Source of the DNA: Candidatus Thorarchaeota archaeon
GTDB lineage: Archaea > Asgardarchaeota > Thorarchaeia > Thorarchaeales > Thorarchaeaceae
Reading direction: 5' to 3'
Assembly: GCA_048882325.1 (NCBI GenBank)
Contig: JBHLRS010000026.1
Span: 1 to 44,150, forward strand
Length of the DNA stretch: 44,150 bases
A program made the position numbers and the translations under genes. Numbering within the stretch: the stretch's first letter is position 1; each line of letters opens with the position of its first letter. This document shows positions 1 through 10,221 of this stretch, piece after piece. Below the pieces are notes generated by a model. That model saw only the letters and a program-made list of their open reading frames with translations. It did no database searches and was not told the DNA's origin.

Positions 1-75
1 TTCTAGTTAATATGTTTCCTACAAGACCATTTCTAGGCAAACCATATCAGGAGAGATGGACTCACAGAATCGGGA

Positions 76-1446
76 GTGCTGAACAGAATGCCAGTGAGTC
101 CAATTGACTTTGGTAGATATGGTCATCAAGAGATGATATCGATCTTTGAGGAGGAGTACAGACACTCACTCTGGCTACAGGTTGAAACAGCGGTCGCAAA
201 AGCTCAGGCTGAGTTTGGGCTAATTCCAGAAGATGCAGCTAAAGACATTGAACGAACAGCAACTCCAGAGAAGGTTTCATTGGCACGTACAATGGAGATA
301 GAAAGCAAGACAAGGCATGATGTTGTGGCACTCTTTGAAGCAATCGCAGAGCAGTGCAAAGGCCCTGGTGCAAGATGGGTCCACTTCGGTCTTACTAGCA
401 ACGACATCAAGGACACAGCACTGGGACTTCAGCTAAAGAGTGCTTTCGAAGTCCTCCTGCTACAACTTGACAGACTTGGAGAGACATTGACCCAAAGAGC
501 CAGGGAATCTGAAGAGTTGGTGGCAGTTGGACGGTCACACGGTCAACATGCAGTACCGATAACGTATGGCCTCAGGTTCGCTGTCTGGCTTGACGAGATA
601 CGTCGCCATAAGGTGAGATTGCTTGAAGCACGGTCCAGGTCGGTTGTTGGAAAGATAGCAGGTGCGACTGGGAGTCATGCAGCTCTAGGACCAAAAGGAA
701 TTGAGATTCAGAAGAAAGTACTGAGTGGACTTGGACTGGAGGTTCCTCTTGCTACGACGCAGATAGTCCAACGGGACAGATTGGCTGAAACCATCACTGC
801 TCTTGCAAATCTGGCATCCAGTATTGACAAGATTGCCGTAGACCTTAGACACCTCCAACGTACAGAAATAGCAGAAACATTCGAGCCATTTGCGAAAGGA
901 CAACAGGTTGGATCCTCTGCCATGCCGCATAAGCGGAATCCTGTGATCTGTGAGAAGGTGTCTGGACTCGCGCGTATCGTGAGATCCCTAGTGCAACCAG
1001 CACTTGAGAATGTTGTCAGCTGGGAGGAACGAGACATCTCGCACTCCTCCGCAGAGAGGTTTGTTGTTCCGCAGGCATTCATTCTGACGGATTACATTGT
1101 ACGAGAGATTTCACGAGTCTTGGAAGGTCTCACCATAGATAAACAGGCGGTAGAGAGGAATCTCAATCTAACGAAAGAGTCAATCCTGAGCGAACTTGTA
1201 GTGACATATCTGACAAAAGCAGGATTCGAACGACCAAAAGCGCATGAGAAACTGAGAGCACATAGTCAGGTCGCACAGCAGAATAAGAGAGGACTTCTCG
1301 AGGTTGTGAGAAATGATCCAGACCTTGCGGACATTTTGAAGGAAGGTAATCTCGATCTTGAGAGCTATTACAACAGCATAAGAGAGGTTTCGAAGAGGAT
1401 TGTTAGTGATGTCATAACCGAGTTCAAGCGAACAATTCCGAAGTAG
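76..1446 (+). CDS. purB: Adenylosuccinate lyase
   Basis: Fumarase/ASL signature GSSAMPHKRNP, plus HDVVA, VHFGLTSND and GRSHGQHA. The start may be ATG at 88 (MPVSPID). Confidence 0.93.
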   Translation: MLNRMPVSPIDFGRYGHQEMISIFEEEYRHSLWLQVETAVAKAQAEFGLIPEDAAKDIERTATPEKVSLARTMEIESKTRHDVVALFEAIAEQCKGPGARWVHFGLTSNDIKDTALGLQLKSAFEVLLLQLDRLGETLTQRARESEELVAVGRSHGQHAVPITYGLRFAVWLDEIRRHKVRLLEARSRSVVGKIAGATGSHAALGPKGIEIQKKVLSGLGLEVPLATTQIVQRDRLAETITALANLASSIDKIAVDLRHLQRTEIAETFEPFAKGQQVGSSAMPHKRNPVICEKVSGLARIVRSLVQPALENVVSWEERDISHSSAERFVVPQAFILTDYIVREISRVLEGLTIDKQAVERNLNLTKESILSELVVTYLTKAGFERPKAHEKLRAHSQVAQQNKRGLLEVVRNDPDLADILKEGNLDLESYYNSIREVSKRIVSDVITEFKRTIPK

Positions 1447-1492
1447 ACAAGATGATATGACTGAATGAAAGGAAAAGGAGTAGTGAAACACT

Positions 1493-2260
1493 GTGAAGAA
1501 ACTGCTTGTCACCTTAACGGTAGCGGAGAGCAAGAGGCTGATTGCCAAGGGTCTACTGGCCACAGATGCTGTTCAGAATGCTCTGAAGAATGGCTATCTC
1601 TGCATAACAATGGGTACAACGTCTAGCTATCTGGCAGAGGAGCTTCTTGGAGAGTATGACAAAACTCGCCACATTGCAGGAATCACTGTCCCAAAGGGCC
1701 TCTCTGTTACAGAAGCGAAAAAACGTGCATTTGATGCCATCTTTCACAAGGGTGAGCACATTGACAACAAGAAAGTGATTGATGTTGTAAATCAGATGGA
1801 CTCTGATGATGTCATCATCAAGTCTGCTAATGCTCTCGATGAGAATTACATTCCTATCGTTCTATTGGCTGATGATACAGGCGGAACAATTGGTACTTTC
1901 ATTGGACCTGCAGCAACCAAGAACATTAAGGTCATCTCACCTATTGGGCTTGAGAAGTCAATCCCTGTATCTTACGATGAGTTCTGTGGAAGGTTTGGAA
2001 GGGATGACTGGGACTATGCAATCGGAACTCCTGTGGGAGCTATTGCTCTTACTCAAGCGATTGCATTTACAGAGATTGATGCTATTGAGGCACTCTTTGA
2101 CGCCACAGCCATCCCCATTGGTGCAGGGGGTGTCAATGGCGCAGAAGGTTCAATAAGCCTCTTCATTGAGGGTGAGGATGAGGAAATATTCCGTGCGCAT
2201 GAGTTCTTCACCAACCTGAAGGGTGAGCCACCCTTCCCTCATGTAGACCATGTGAAGTGA
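1493..2260 (+). CDS. Conserved hypothetical protein, possibly NagB/RpiA/CoA-transferase-like alpha/beta fold
   Basis: 255-aa ORF with an upstream GGAG SD. Motifs TLTVAESKRLIAKG, GTT, IKSANALD, PIGLEK and GAGGVNGAEG look conserved. The fold is inference. Confidence 0.6.
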   Translation: MKKLLVTLTVAESKRLIAKGLLATDAVQNALKNGYLCITMGTTSSYLAEELLGEYDKTRHIAGITVPKGLSVTEAKKRAFDAIFHKGEHIDNKKVIDVVNQMDSDDVIIKSANALDENYIPIVLLADDTGGTIGTFIGPAATKNIKVISPIGLEKSIPVSYDEFCGRFGRDDWDYAIGTPVGAIALTQAIAFTEIDAIEALFDATAIPIGAGGVNGAEGSISLFIEGEDEEIFRAHEFFTNLKGEPPFPHVDHVK

Positions 2261-3045
2261 AGTTGGAGCCTCTGATAATGCAACAAGAAGTCGTAATCAC
2301 AACTGAAAATCTCACGAAGATTTTCGAACGAGGAAAGAAGCACGAGGTGACTGCACTAAACAAGGTGAGTCTAGATATTCGCCGAGGTGAGGTCTTTGGA
2401 CTTTTAGGACCCAATGGTGCAGGAAAAACAACGCTGATTCGTATTCTCGTAGGTCTTCTTACCCCCACAGAGGGTACTGCGAAGGTCTTGAACGTAGATG
2501 TCGTTGAAGATGTTGACTACATCAGAGAGAAGGTTGCACTACTTCCACAGGAAGCAGGCATATACGAACGGTTGACAGCAAGAGAGAACCTCGTCTTCTA
2601 TGGAGGGCTCTATGGAATTCCAGAGGATGTCCTGAATGAACGAGCTGATAATTTACTTGATATCGTTGGTCTGAGAGAGAAGGAAGACTATCAGGTCAAG
2701 GGATTCAGTGGAGGAATGAAGCGAAAAGTCCTCGTCGCAAGGTCGCTCATCATCGAACCAGAGATCATTTTCATGGATGAACCTACAACAGGTGTAGATA
2801 CAATAGGTGCACGCATTGTGCGCAATCTACTCAAGAAGCTGAGTTCGGAGAGAGACCAGACTATCATTCTCACTACGCATGATCTTAACGAGGTGAAAGA
2901 ACTCTGTCATCGAGTTGGGATACTCTATCAAGGAGAGCTTGTGGCCATAGGGAAACCATCCGAGCTCGAGGAGAAGTACAAGGCAGCGAATCTCGAGGAA
3001 GTTTTCACAGGTTTGGTGACAGGAGAGGGGGTGTATAACGAGTGA
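2257..3045 (+). CDS. ABC-2 type exporter ATP-binding subunit
   Basis: Walker A GPNGAGKT, signature FSGGMKRK, Walker B IIFMDEP, H-loop TTH. The start may be ATG at 2278. Confidence 0.93.
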   Translation: MKLEPLIMQQEVVITTENLTKIFERGKKHEVTALNKVSLDIRRGEVFGLLGPNGAGKTTLIRILVGLLTPTEGTAKVLNVDVVEDVDYIREKVALLPQEAGIYERLTARENLVFYGGLYGIPEDVLNERADNLLDIVGLREKEDYQVKGFSGGMKRKVLVARSLIIEPEIIFMDEPTTGVDTIGARIVRNLLKKLSSERDQTIILTTHDLNEVKELCHRVGILYQGELVAIGKPSELEEKYKAANLEEVFTGLVTGEGVYNE

Positions 3046-4262
3046 AGAGTAAGAAGAAGTCACCCAATAACGGCTACAAGACCAAGTGGCTTCTCAAGAA
3101 GGAAGTGAAGAGTGTTCTTCGATCTCGCTGGTTACTTTTTGGATTCATGATAAGCCCACTTTTTGCATGGCTTTTCCAAGGTGTCTTTCTGAATTTCCTG
3201 TTTGCTACAGCTGTGGAACCAGAAACCGTTTACATCACCGTTGAGGATGAGGGAACTTGGGGGCAATATCTCTATGACAACTTCAATACTCTGTATTTGG
3301 GTGAAAAAAACAAATCTGTTGATGACCAGTATCTGAAGTTTGTAGACTTCATCAACATAACGAGAAACGATGGGCTAGCGTTATGGGAAAACAGAACAGC
3401 AAAGGTGTGGATATACATTCCTGGTAACTTCTCGTCAATATTTGAACAGTGGAATGTAACCACAGTGACAATCTATGTGAATTCTGGCAGTTTCAGGGCA
3501 CAATCAGCATTCGAGCGGATAAGGTTCTATGCACAGTACTGGATGAGAGCCACAGATCTGCAGATACAAAAGATCACTCCACCCAGAGCTGAAGCAAGCT
3601 ATGGGCACCAGTTAGCGATATTTTTGGTCATGATAACATCGGTCATGGCACCGAGTCCATATATCAGTAAATCATTTGCTGGGGAACGGGAACAACACAC
3701 GCTAGAGGCACTACTAGTGGTTCCGATAAGTAGGTTGAGGATCTTGGGTGCCAAGCTGGTTGCCGGGCTTTTATTGACCATGTTCTACTCTACATTCACA
3801 GTTGTGGGTATCCTTGCATACAACTTGCTCGTGACGATTAGGGGTGCTGGTAGTATTGGAAGTCAGGTGGAGTACTATAGTGTTGAAGTGTCGTCCATTC
3901 CCCTGATATTCTTCTGTCAGTTCCTAATCCTACTGTGCGCTATTGGGATTGGTGTAGTAATCTCAACAATGGCAAAGGACCAAGCAACTGCTGAGTCTAT
4001 CAATAACCTTGTGCTGTTAGTTCCGACGATGGTCATCGGAATTTTGGGCTTTGCTGGAAGTCTCAGCCACCTGAGTGGTGCGTTTGCATTCGTTGTGATG
4101 CTGATTCCGTTCAGTCATGCGATAATGTTCCTGAATGGGGTCCTGTCACCAGCTCCAGACCCAATTAGTCTGGTCATCAATGTGGTTTACATGTTGAGCT
4201 TTACTCTAGTATTCCTTATACTGGGTGCTAAGGCATTTGAACGAGAAGCAATCATTGCTTAG
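3042..4262 (+). CDS. ABC-2 type exporter permease (NatB-like)
   Basis: N-terminal TM, extracellular loop with several N-x-S/T sequons, then multiple TMs. Motif GEREQHTLEALLVVP. Overlaps the ATPase stop by 4 nt. Confidence 0.88.
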   Translation: MKSKKKSPNNGYKTKWLLKKEVKSVLRSRWLLFGFMISPLFAWLFQGVFLNFLFATAVEPETVYITVEDEGTWGQYLYDNFNTLYLGEKNKSVDDQYLKFVDFINITRNDGLALWENRTAKVWIYIPGNFSSIFEQWNVTTVTIYVNSGSFRAQSAFERIRFYAQYWMRATDLQIQKITPPRAEASYGHQLAIFLVMITSVMAPSPYISKSFAGEREQHTLEALLVVPISRLRILGAKLVAGLLLTMFYSTFTVVGILAYNLLVTIRGAGSIGSQVEYYSVEVSSIPLIFFCQFLILLCAIGIGVVISTMAKDQATAESINNLVLLVPTMVIGILGFAGSLSHLSGAFAFVVMLIPFSHAIMFLNGVLSPAPDPISLVINVVYMLSFTLVFLILGAKAFEREAIIA

Positions 4263-5653
4263 CGAGTTGGCCACTTAGGGAGATTGTCTATCCCAGCACG
4301 CGCCATTAGTTCAGCACTATGCTTTCGGGCTTTGCTCATTACTTCAGCCTCGTCAAGGGTGAGAAGACGTTTCTCTTGCATGAGTATCCGGCCATTAACG
4401 ATCACTGTGTCGACATACTCACCACTTCCCGAATAGACCAGATTGGATACTGGATTCGTGTGAGGAGTTAGACCCAGCTCATGAAGATTGATGAGAATTA
4501 AATCTGCTAATTTTCCAGGTTCAAGAGACCCCACCTTGTCATCAATGCCCATGGCGATGGCACCTCCAAGTGTTGCCATCTCGATTGCTTCCTCTGCAGT
4601 CACAACAAGGGGATCAGCAACATACGATTTGTGAATTAGTGCCGCTATGCGCATCTCACGCATCAAGTCATAAGTATTGTTTGAAGGACCGCCATCACAA
4701 CCTAGAGAAACTGATACTCCAGCCTTTAGCATCTGAGGGATCTTGGCAAATCCTGATGCGAGTTTCATGTTACTTGCTGGACAGTGACTGATGTTGGACT
4801 TGGTATCAGCGAGGACTTTGAGCTCAGAGTCCTCAAAATGTATTCCATGAGCAAACACCATGTCTGGGCCTAGGAGGTCATGATCACGAGCAAAAGTGGT
4901 GAGATTAGTACCAAAATTCTCATTGACATAACGAACATCATCAACTACCTCTCCAAGATGCATTGTCATCCTCGTTTGCTTCTCACGAGTTCTCCGTGCC
5001 ACATCCTTGAACAGATCGGATGTGACAGCACCGAGTGAACGAAGACCATACCAAACTTGGATACGACCATCCGCTTTTCCGTGCCATTTTCGGTACATCT
5101 CCTCTGTTTCAGTCAGACATGCATCTGCATCTTCAACCATGCCAGGATACATGATATCTGGACTATCAGCATAACCAGTAGAGTCCATGATGATTTTCGA
5201 GAGTGCTCCTCTCATCCCAACTTCTTCAACTGCTTTTGCAATTCCATCAAACCCATATCGGGTGTGAATCATGCAATCGATGAAAGATGTCGTACCTGTA
5301 CGGACCATCTCAGCCATGCATAGCTCTGCTGAAACCTGACCATCGTCTTTAGTAAAGTTCCCCTGAAGAACCCAGACGTATTTCTTTAGCCAGTCCACGA
5401 GAGAAACGTCATCAGCACACCCACGGATGAGCGCTTGTGAAAGGTGGATATGGGTATCAATTAATCCAGGCATGACTATCTTATTCTTAGCATCAATCAC
5501 CAGCTCGGCATTGTGACCCTTAAGTTCTTCACTTTTCCCAATCTCTCTTATTGTATCATCCTCTACATAGATCGAACCATCAGTGATTATCTCACGTTTG
5601 GGATTCAGGGTGAGGATGTACCCGTTCTTTATGAGAATCGATTTTGGTGTCAA
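4259..5653 (-). CDS. Amidohydrolase superfamily deaminase (cog0402; MTA/SAH-, guanine-, SsnA-like)
   Basis: PGLIDTHIH (HxH), HLGE, AHG, HCPASNMKLASG, GCDG, GSLEPGKLAD. Likely TTG start at 5653 behind a GGAGG SD; the ORF track starts at 5698. Confidence 0.88.
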   Translation of the reverse strand: MTPKSILIKNGYILTLNPKREIITDGSIYVEDDTIREIGKSEELKGHNAELVIDAKNKIVMPGLIDTHIHLSQALIRGCADDVSLVDWLKKYVWVLQGNFTKDDGQVSAELCMAEMVRTGTTSFIDCMIHTRYGFDGIAKAVEEVGMRGALSKIIMDSTGYADSPDIMYPGMVEDADACLTETEEMYRKWHGKADGRIQVWYGLRSLGAVTSDLFKDVARRTREKQTRMTMHLGEVVDDVRYVNENFGTNLTTFARDHDLLGPDMVFAHGIHFEDSELKVLADTKSNISHCPASNMKLASGFAKIPQMLKAGVSVSLGCDGGPSNNTYDLMREMRIAALIHKSYVADPLVVTAEEAIEMATLGGAIAMGIDDKVGSLEPGKLADLILINLHELGLTPHTNPVSNLVYSGSGEYVDTVIVNGRILMQEKRLLTLDEAEVMSKARKHSAELMARAGIDNLPKWPTR

Positions 5654-5722
5654 GAGAGATTCCTCCACGTAGACTGGGTAACATCTCTTGCGTGACATAA
5701 CACTTGCGGTGAACTCAAACCA

Positions 5723-7519
5723 TCACACAATCTGGAACTCTATCTCAATTTCAAGTCCCTGGTCTTGCTTCCCTTTCACTCGATCACGGACAATAGGTTT
5801 GTCACCATACTTCTCCGCCAATCGGCGAACCAAATGTAGACCCACTCCACCGAATCGACGAGTGGGTTCGAATAAGTCCGGTTTTTTGTCATCACCCAGT
5901 CCTGGACCGTTGTCTGAGATACTAAGAACAAACTTCTTCCCGGAAACTTTCCCGTTGACCCATACTTTCTTCTTCGCGTCATCAATTGGATTGTGAACGA
6001 CAGCGTTTTCCATGAGGTTCCAAATCAGTTGGCTAAGGGCTTGATCTGCAAGGACCATAATCTTAGGAGGCATTTTGCCAATTTCCACACGAACTCCACG
6101 CTGCTTGAACAGTAACTCGGACTCAGCTTTGATTGCACGAACAATGTCCACTGGACCTAATGGTTCGGTCTTAGCCTCCTCAGCTTTTCTGACCTTCTGG
6201 ATGAGCTCTAAGCACCGAAGGGCACCATCCATAACATATCTCTTTGATCGCATGATTTGGTCCGGGGTAGCGTCCTTCTCAAGGAAGTCACCACCAGCTA
6301 GGATTAGTTGTAACTGATTGCCTATGTCGTGAAGCAACAGGTCTAGTAGGAAATACACCTCAGCCTCAGCCTTCTTCAAATCGGAGATGTCTGTGAAGAT
6401 TGCTATGCTGCCTAAGAATTCACCATCAGGACCTTTCAAGGGAGATGCAGACACCATTACTGGCACAGTTCCCCCAGACCTGTGCTTTAGCAATGCTTCA
6501 TAATGTTCAATCTTGCCTTCTTTTCGCTCCTCCATCTTTTCATGGACCTTATTCTCAGTCCACCCATACAAGATGTCTGTGATGGGAATTCCAATCAACG
6601 TTTCGGGGTCATCACAACCCATCATCCTGCATAATGCGTCATTTGCAAGTACCATCATACCTTCAGCGTTGTCCACACCAAGACCAGAGTCCATGGTTTC
6701 AATGAGTGACCGGTAGCGACGCTCACTCTCCTGTAGGGCGTAGGCGCTTCGTTTCTCATCTGTAATGTCTATTAGTTGAGCTACAGTCTTGAGTTTCCCA
6801 TCATGACCCCTAATCGTTCCAACATTCAAACGGATATCGACAACTTCGCCGCCTTTCCGAATGACTTGGAACTCATAGACTGATGGTACAGTTTCTCCTT
6901 TCTGTCTTCTTCGATATCGGTCAGATACTAAATCTGCACTGTCAGGATGCAGGAATTCTCTGAAGTCATGACCTAGAAGTTCACTACGACGACGACCTAC
7001 GATATCACACATCTTGTCATTGACATATTCAAACTTGTACTGGTCATCGACTATGATGATACCACTGAAACTGTAGTAGTCCACCATGAACTCCAGAATT
7101 TCCTTCCTGTCATCAATCTTCTCTTCCGCAGCCACCCTTCTGCTTAGGTCGATGATGTAGACAACAAAGCCCACCGTCTTACCATTCTTGACTATTTTGT
7201 CAGTGTACACTTGAGTAGGAACCATTACATTATCCCCACGGACTATTCTCAATGAGATTGGAGTGGGGGCTTCTCCATTTCGAAGTAATTTGAGTCCTTG
7301 TTCCACTAAATCTAGTTGTTCTGGAGCTACAAGGTCATGAACTGGAACACCTGCATTGATGACTGACTTGTCAAGGTTGAAAAGTTCCAATGCTGGAGCA
7401 TTAGCATAACATAGGATGGAGTCTTCATCAAGTTCAATGACTGGAATATGCATGGTGTCAGCTACTTGTCGAAATGGTTTCCTATTGGGGGACGGCTTTC
7501 GCTCATAAGACTCTCTCAT
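5723..7519 (-). CDS. Cytoplasmic triple-PAS sensor histidine kinase
   Basis: Three PAS/PAC repeats (YANAPA, YVNDKMC, LANDALC), H-box LLHDIGNQLQ, N-box NLMENA, G1 DNGPG, G2 GVGL. Confidence 0.88.
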   Translation of the reverse strand: MRESYERKPSPNRKPFRQVADTMHIPVIELDEDSILCYANAPALELFNLDKSVINAGVPVHDLVAPEQLDLVEQGLKLLRNGEAPTPISLRIVRGDNVMVPTQVYTDKIVKNGKTVGFVVYIIDLSRRVAAEEKIDDRKEILEFMVDYYSFSGIIIVDDQYKFEYVNDKMCDIVGRRRSELLGHDFREFLHPDSADLVSDRYRRRQKGETVPSVYEFQVIRKGGEVVDIRLNVGTIRGHDGKLKTVAQLIDITDEKRSAYALQESERRYRSLIETMDSGLGVDNAEGMMVLANDALCRMMGCDDPETLIGIPITDILYGWTENKVHEKMEERKEGKIEHYEALLKHRSGGTVPVMVSASPLKGPDGEFLGSIAIFTDISDLKKAEAEVYFLLDLLLHDIGNQLQLILAGGDFLEKDATPDQIMRSKRYVMDGALRCLELIQKVRKAEEAKTEPLGPVDIVRAIKAESELLFKQRGVRVEIGKMPPKIMVLADQALSQLIWNLMENAVVHNPIDDAKKKVWVNGKVSGKKFVLSISDNGPGLGDDKKPDLFEPTRRFGGVGLHLVRRLAEKYGDKPIVRDRVKGKQDQGLEIEIEFQIV

Positions 7520-7697
7520 GGTCCCACATCAGTATCCAGTGCTAACTCCAAACCAGCGCATAAGATGAAATTGGACGAGTGGTCCGTCACGAATCCTCTT
7601 CATATACTTTAGTAAGATGTATTCCTCAATGGGCAACAACTTAAAGTGCTGAACGCAAGGTGGAGCAGGCTGAACAATCAACTGGAGAGAAGAACTG

Positions 7698-8189
7698 TTG
7701 AAGAGTTTCCTGGCGATTGATCTCAAGAAATGCACAGGTTGCAGAAACTGTGAGTTGGGCTGTTCTGCAGAACGAACAAAATCGTTCAATCCAAGAAGGT
7801 CCAGAATTCAGATTCTGAAGGATGAGATTCGAAACCTTGTGGTTCCAATGGTCTGCCTTCAGTGTGAGGCGCCATTGTGCGAGCAAGCTTGTCCAACTGG
7901 TGCAATCTCATACAATGAAAAGGGAACTCTCATAGTCAACAGTAATGTATGCATAGGGTGTGAGAATTGCGTTACTGCATGTACTTATGGTGGGATTGAG
8001 ATAGACCCCCGAACTCTGAAGGCAGTGAAATGCGATCTCTGTTGGGGAGACCCGGCTTGCGTGAAAGCTTGTGACTATGGCGCAATCACACTCGTTGATG
8101 CGAAGGAAGAGGGATTCAGGGCAAGGAGAGAGGGCTTAGGCTTTGCATATGAAACAGCAGGAATGAATCTAGGGGAGGTAACTGAATGA
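7698..8189 (+). CDS. 4x[4Fe-4S] DmsB/HydN-type electron-transfer subunit of AOR
   Basis: Four Cys clusters: CTGCRNCELGC, CLQCEAPLCEQACP, CIGCENCVTAC, CDLCWGDPACVKAC. Overlaps the AOR start. Confidence 0.9.
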   Translation: MKSFLAIDLKKCTGCRNCELGCSAERTKSFNPRRSRIQILKDEIRNLVVPMVCLQCEAPLCEQACPTGAISYNEKGTLIVNSNVCIGCENCVTACTYGGIEIDPRTLKAVKCDLCWGDPACVKACDYGAITLVDAKEEGFRARREGLGFAYETAGMNLGEVTE

Positions 8190-10117
8190 CAGACTTTCCG
8201 TACAAAGGCTACGCAGGGTATTACTTGGATATTGACCTGACAAAGGGTAAAATTCACAAGAAAGTGCTTGAGAAGGACTGGACAAGACTCTATTTGGGCG
8301 GAAGCGGCGTCGCAGCCAGAATTCTATGGGACAGAACTGGACCTGATACGAATCCTCTAGGTCCTGAGAATGTCTTGATTGTAGGAACTGGTCCACTCAC
8401 TGGAGCAATGTTCTCTCCATCAGGAAGAATGATGTTTGCAACGAAGAGCCCACTCACTGGCGTATGGGGAGAAAGTCATGTCGGGGGATTCCTAGGTGCT
8501 GAGATCAAGTATGCAGGTTTCGATTTTGTGATCTTTAACGGACGTTCTGAGAAGCCAGTCTATCTATCACTTCGTGATGGGAATGCCGAGCTTCTTGATG
8601 CATCCCATCTCTGGGGCAAGGAAACCAATGTCACAACCGAGATGATTCGCGAAGATCACAAAGACCCTACGATTAAGACCGGTGTGATAGGCCCAGCAGG
8701 TGAGAATGGAGTTCTTTATGGTTCAATCATAGTTGACTTCTACAGAGCTGCTGGAAGAACTGGGTTAGGAACAGTCCTTGGGTCTAAGAATGTCAAGGGA
8801 GTAGCAGCAAGTGGAGCTCAGGGAATTGAGGTCTATGATATGGATAAGTACCATGAAGCCAACGAAGTAGAGATGGAGAGGATCAAAGACCCACTCTGGA
8901 CTGAGTCTCTGGCATCTCTGAGAAAGTATGGCACGACGGACTTAGTCGCAATAATCAATGAGATTGGTAGACTCCCGACAAAGAATCACTGGACTGGATA
9001 CTTTGAGAAAGCTGATGATATTGGTCCAGAACTCATCGCTGAAAGGTATAGAATTGCCCAAGAAGCCTGTCATGGGTGTGCGGTTGGCTGCAAATATATC
9101 ATTAGAGTCAGTGGAGGCAAATACCCAACCGGACCTATTGGAGGCCCAGAGTATGAAACAATCATGGCATTTGGTTCAAACTGCATGAATAGCGATATTG
9201 AGTCAGTGTTTCATCTAGGTAAGAGATGCGATTTGCTTGGTATGGATACGATAAGCTGTGGAAAGTCCATCAGCTTTGCCATGGAACTCTTTGAGAAGGG
9301 AATAATAACAAAAAAGGATGCAGATGGTCTTGACTTAAGTTGGGGAAATGGCGAAACTCAGGCCGCGCTTGTGGAAAAGATTGCAAAGCGGGAGGGTTTT
9401 GGAAACATCCTTGCTGATGGCGTAAGAAAGGCTGCTGAGAGAATTGGTGGTGATGCTTGGAAGTATGCGATTCATGTAAAAGGCCTTGAGGCATCAGGAC
9501 AGGACCCGCGAGCTCACCAGAGTATTGGACTTACCTACGCGACCAATGTTAGGGGTGCTGATCATCTAAGAAGCATATCCTGCGTTGAGGAACTAGGCTA
9601 TCCTGAGATTGCAGCCGCTAGATTTGGAGAGGAGAAAGCTGAGGCAATCCTAGAGATTATGTCTCCAAAGTATAAGGGAGAGTTGATATGGGACATGGAA
9701 GACCTCTATGCGCTTGTGGACTCTGGGGTTATCTGCAAATACGGGACCATGTGGCCACCAGTCTATTATTTCGACACCTTTGTTAATGTGATACCCCCGT
9801 TGACGGGGATGACTGAGTGGGGAGACCCCAAGTTTGTTAGACAAGCTGCTGAGAGGATAAGTCATCTCAGGAGAGCCTACAACCACAGACTTGGTGTGAC
9901 TCGCAAGGATGAAAACCTTCCACACAGGTTATTGAAGGAACCCATGCCAACTGGACCATCGAAAGGTGGACTTCCTGACCTTGATGAAATGCTAGATGAG
10001 TACTACAAATATCGTGGGTGTGACCGTGAAACAGGGTATCCCAAGGAATCAAAGTTGAAGGAGCTAGGTCTTGATTTTGTGATTGACGACCTGAAACCTC
10101 GCGGCATGACTAGGTAA
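8186..10117 (+). CDS. Tungsten aldehyde:ferredoxin oxidoreductase (AOR/WOR) family protein 1
   Basis: KSPLTG, GPAGEN, AAGRTGLGTVLGSKNVK, CHGCAVGC, GPEYE, DLLGMDTIS, RGADHL, ICKY. Confidence 0.93.
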   Translation: MTDFPYKGYAGYYLDIDLTKGKIHKKVLEKDWTRLYLGGSGVAARILWDRTGPDTNPLGPENVLIVGTGPLTGAMFSPSGRMMFATKSPLTGVWGESHVGGFLGAEIKYAGFDFVIFNGRSEKPVYLSLRDGNAELLDASHLWGKETNVTTEMIREDHKDPTIKTGVIGPAGENGVLYGSIIVDFYRAAGRTGLGTVLGSKNVKGVAASGAQGIEVYDMDKYHEANEVEMERIKDPLWTESLASLRKYGTTDLVAIINEIGRLPTKNHWTGYFEKADDIGPELIAERYRIAQEACHGCAVGCKYIIRVSGGKYPTGPIGGPEYETIMAFGSNCMNSDIESVFHLGKRCDLLGMDTISCGKSISFAMELFEKGIITKKDADGLDLSWGNGETQAALVEKIAKREGFGNILADGVRKAAERIGGDAWKYAIHVKGLEASGQDPRAHQSIGLTYATNVRGADHLRSISCVEELGYPEIAAARFGEEKAEAILEIMSPKYKGELIWDMEDLYALVDSGVICKYGTMWPPVYYFDTFVNVIPPLTGMTEWGDPKFVRQAAERISHLRRAYNHRLGVTRKDENLPHRLLKEPMPTGPSKGGLPDLDEMLDEYYKYRGCDRETGYPKESKLKELGLDFVIDDLKPRGMTR

Positions 10118-10192
10118 CACAGTCATTGATGATTTGATGGGATTACCTTTAAGTAACGTTCAATATCTGGTGAATGACCAACAGATTGTTTG

Positions 10193-10199
10193 TTTTAAT
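10193..10199 (+). promoter_or_regulatory. Putative archaeal TATA box (TTTTAAT) for a leaderless CLC transcript
   Basis: TTTTAAT ends about 23 nt before ATG 10222. The same heptamer lies upstream of genes at 15424, 35349 and 41227. Confidence 0.45.
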
Positions 10200-10221
10200 T
10201 CATTGAAGGCGATTAGTAGTT

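Noticed and set aside
7629-7697. ATG with two in-frame TGA upstream of the FeS gene, suggesting a Sec-containing N-terminal extension
   Set aside because: The downstream protein is complete from TTG 7698 with a GGAG SD. The extension overlaps a likely TATA (CTTAAA) and resembles nothing known.
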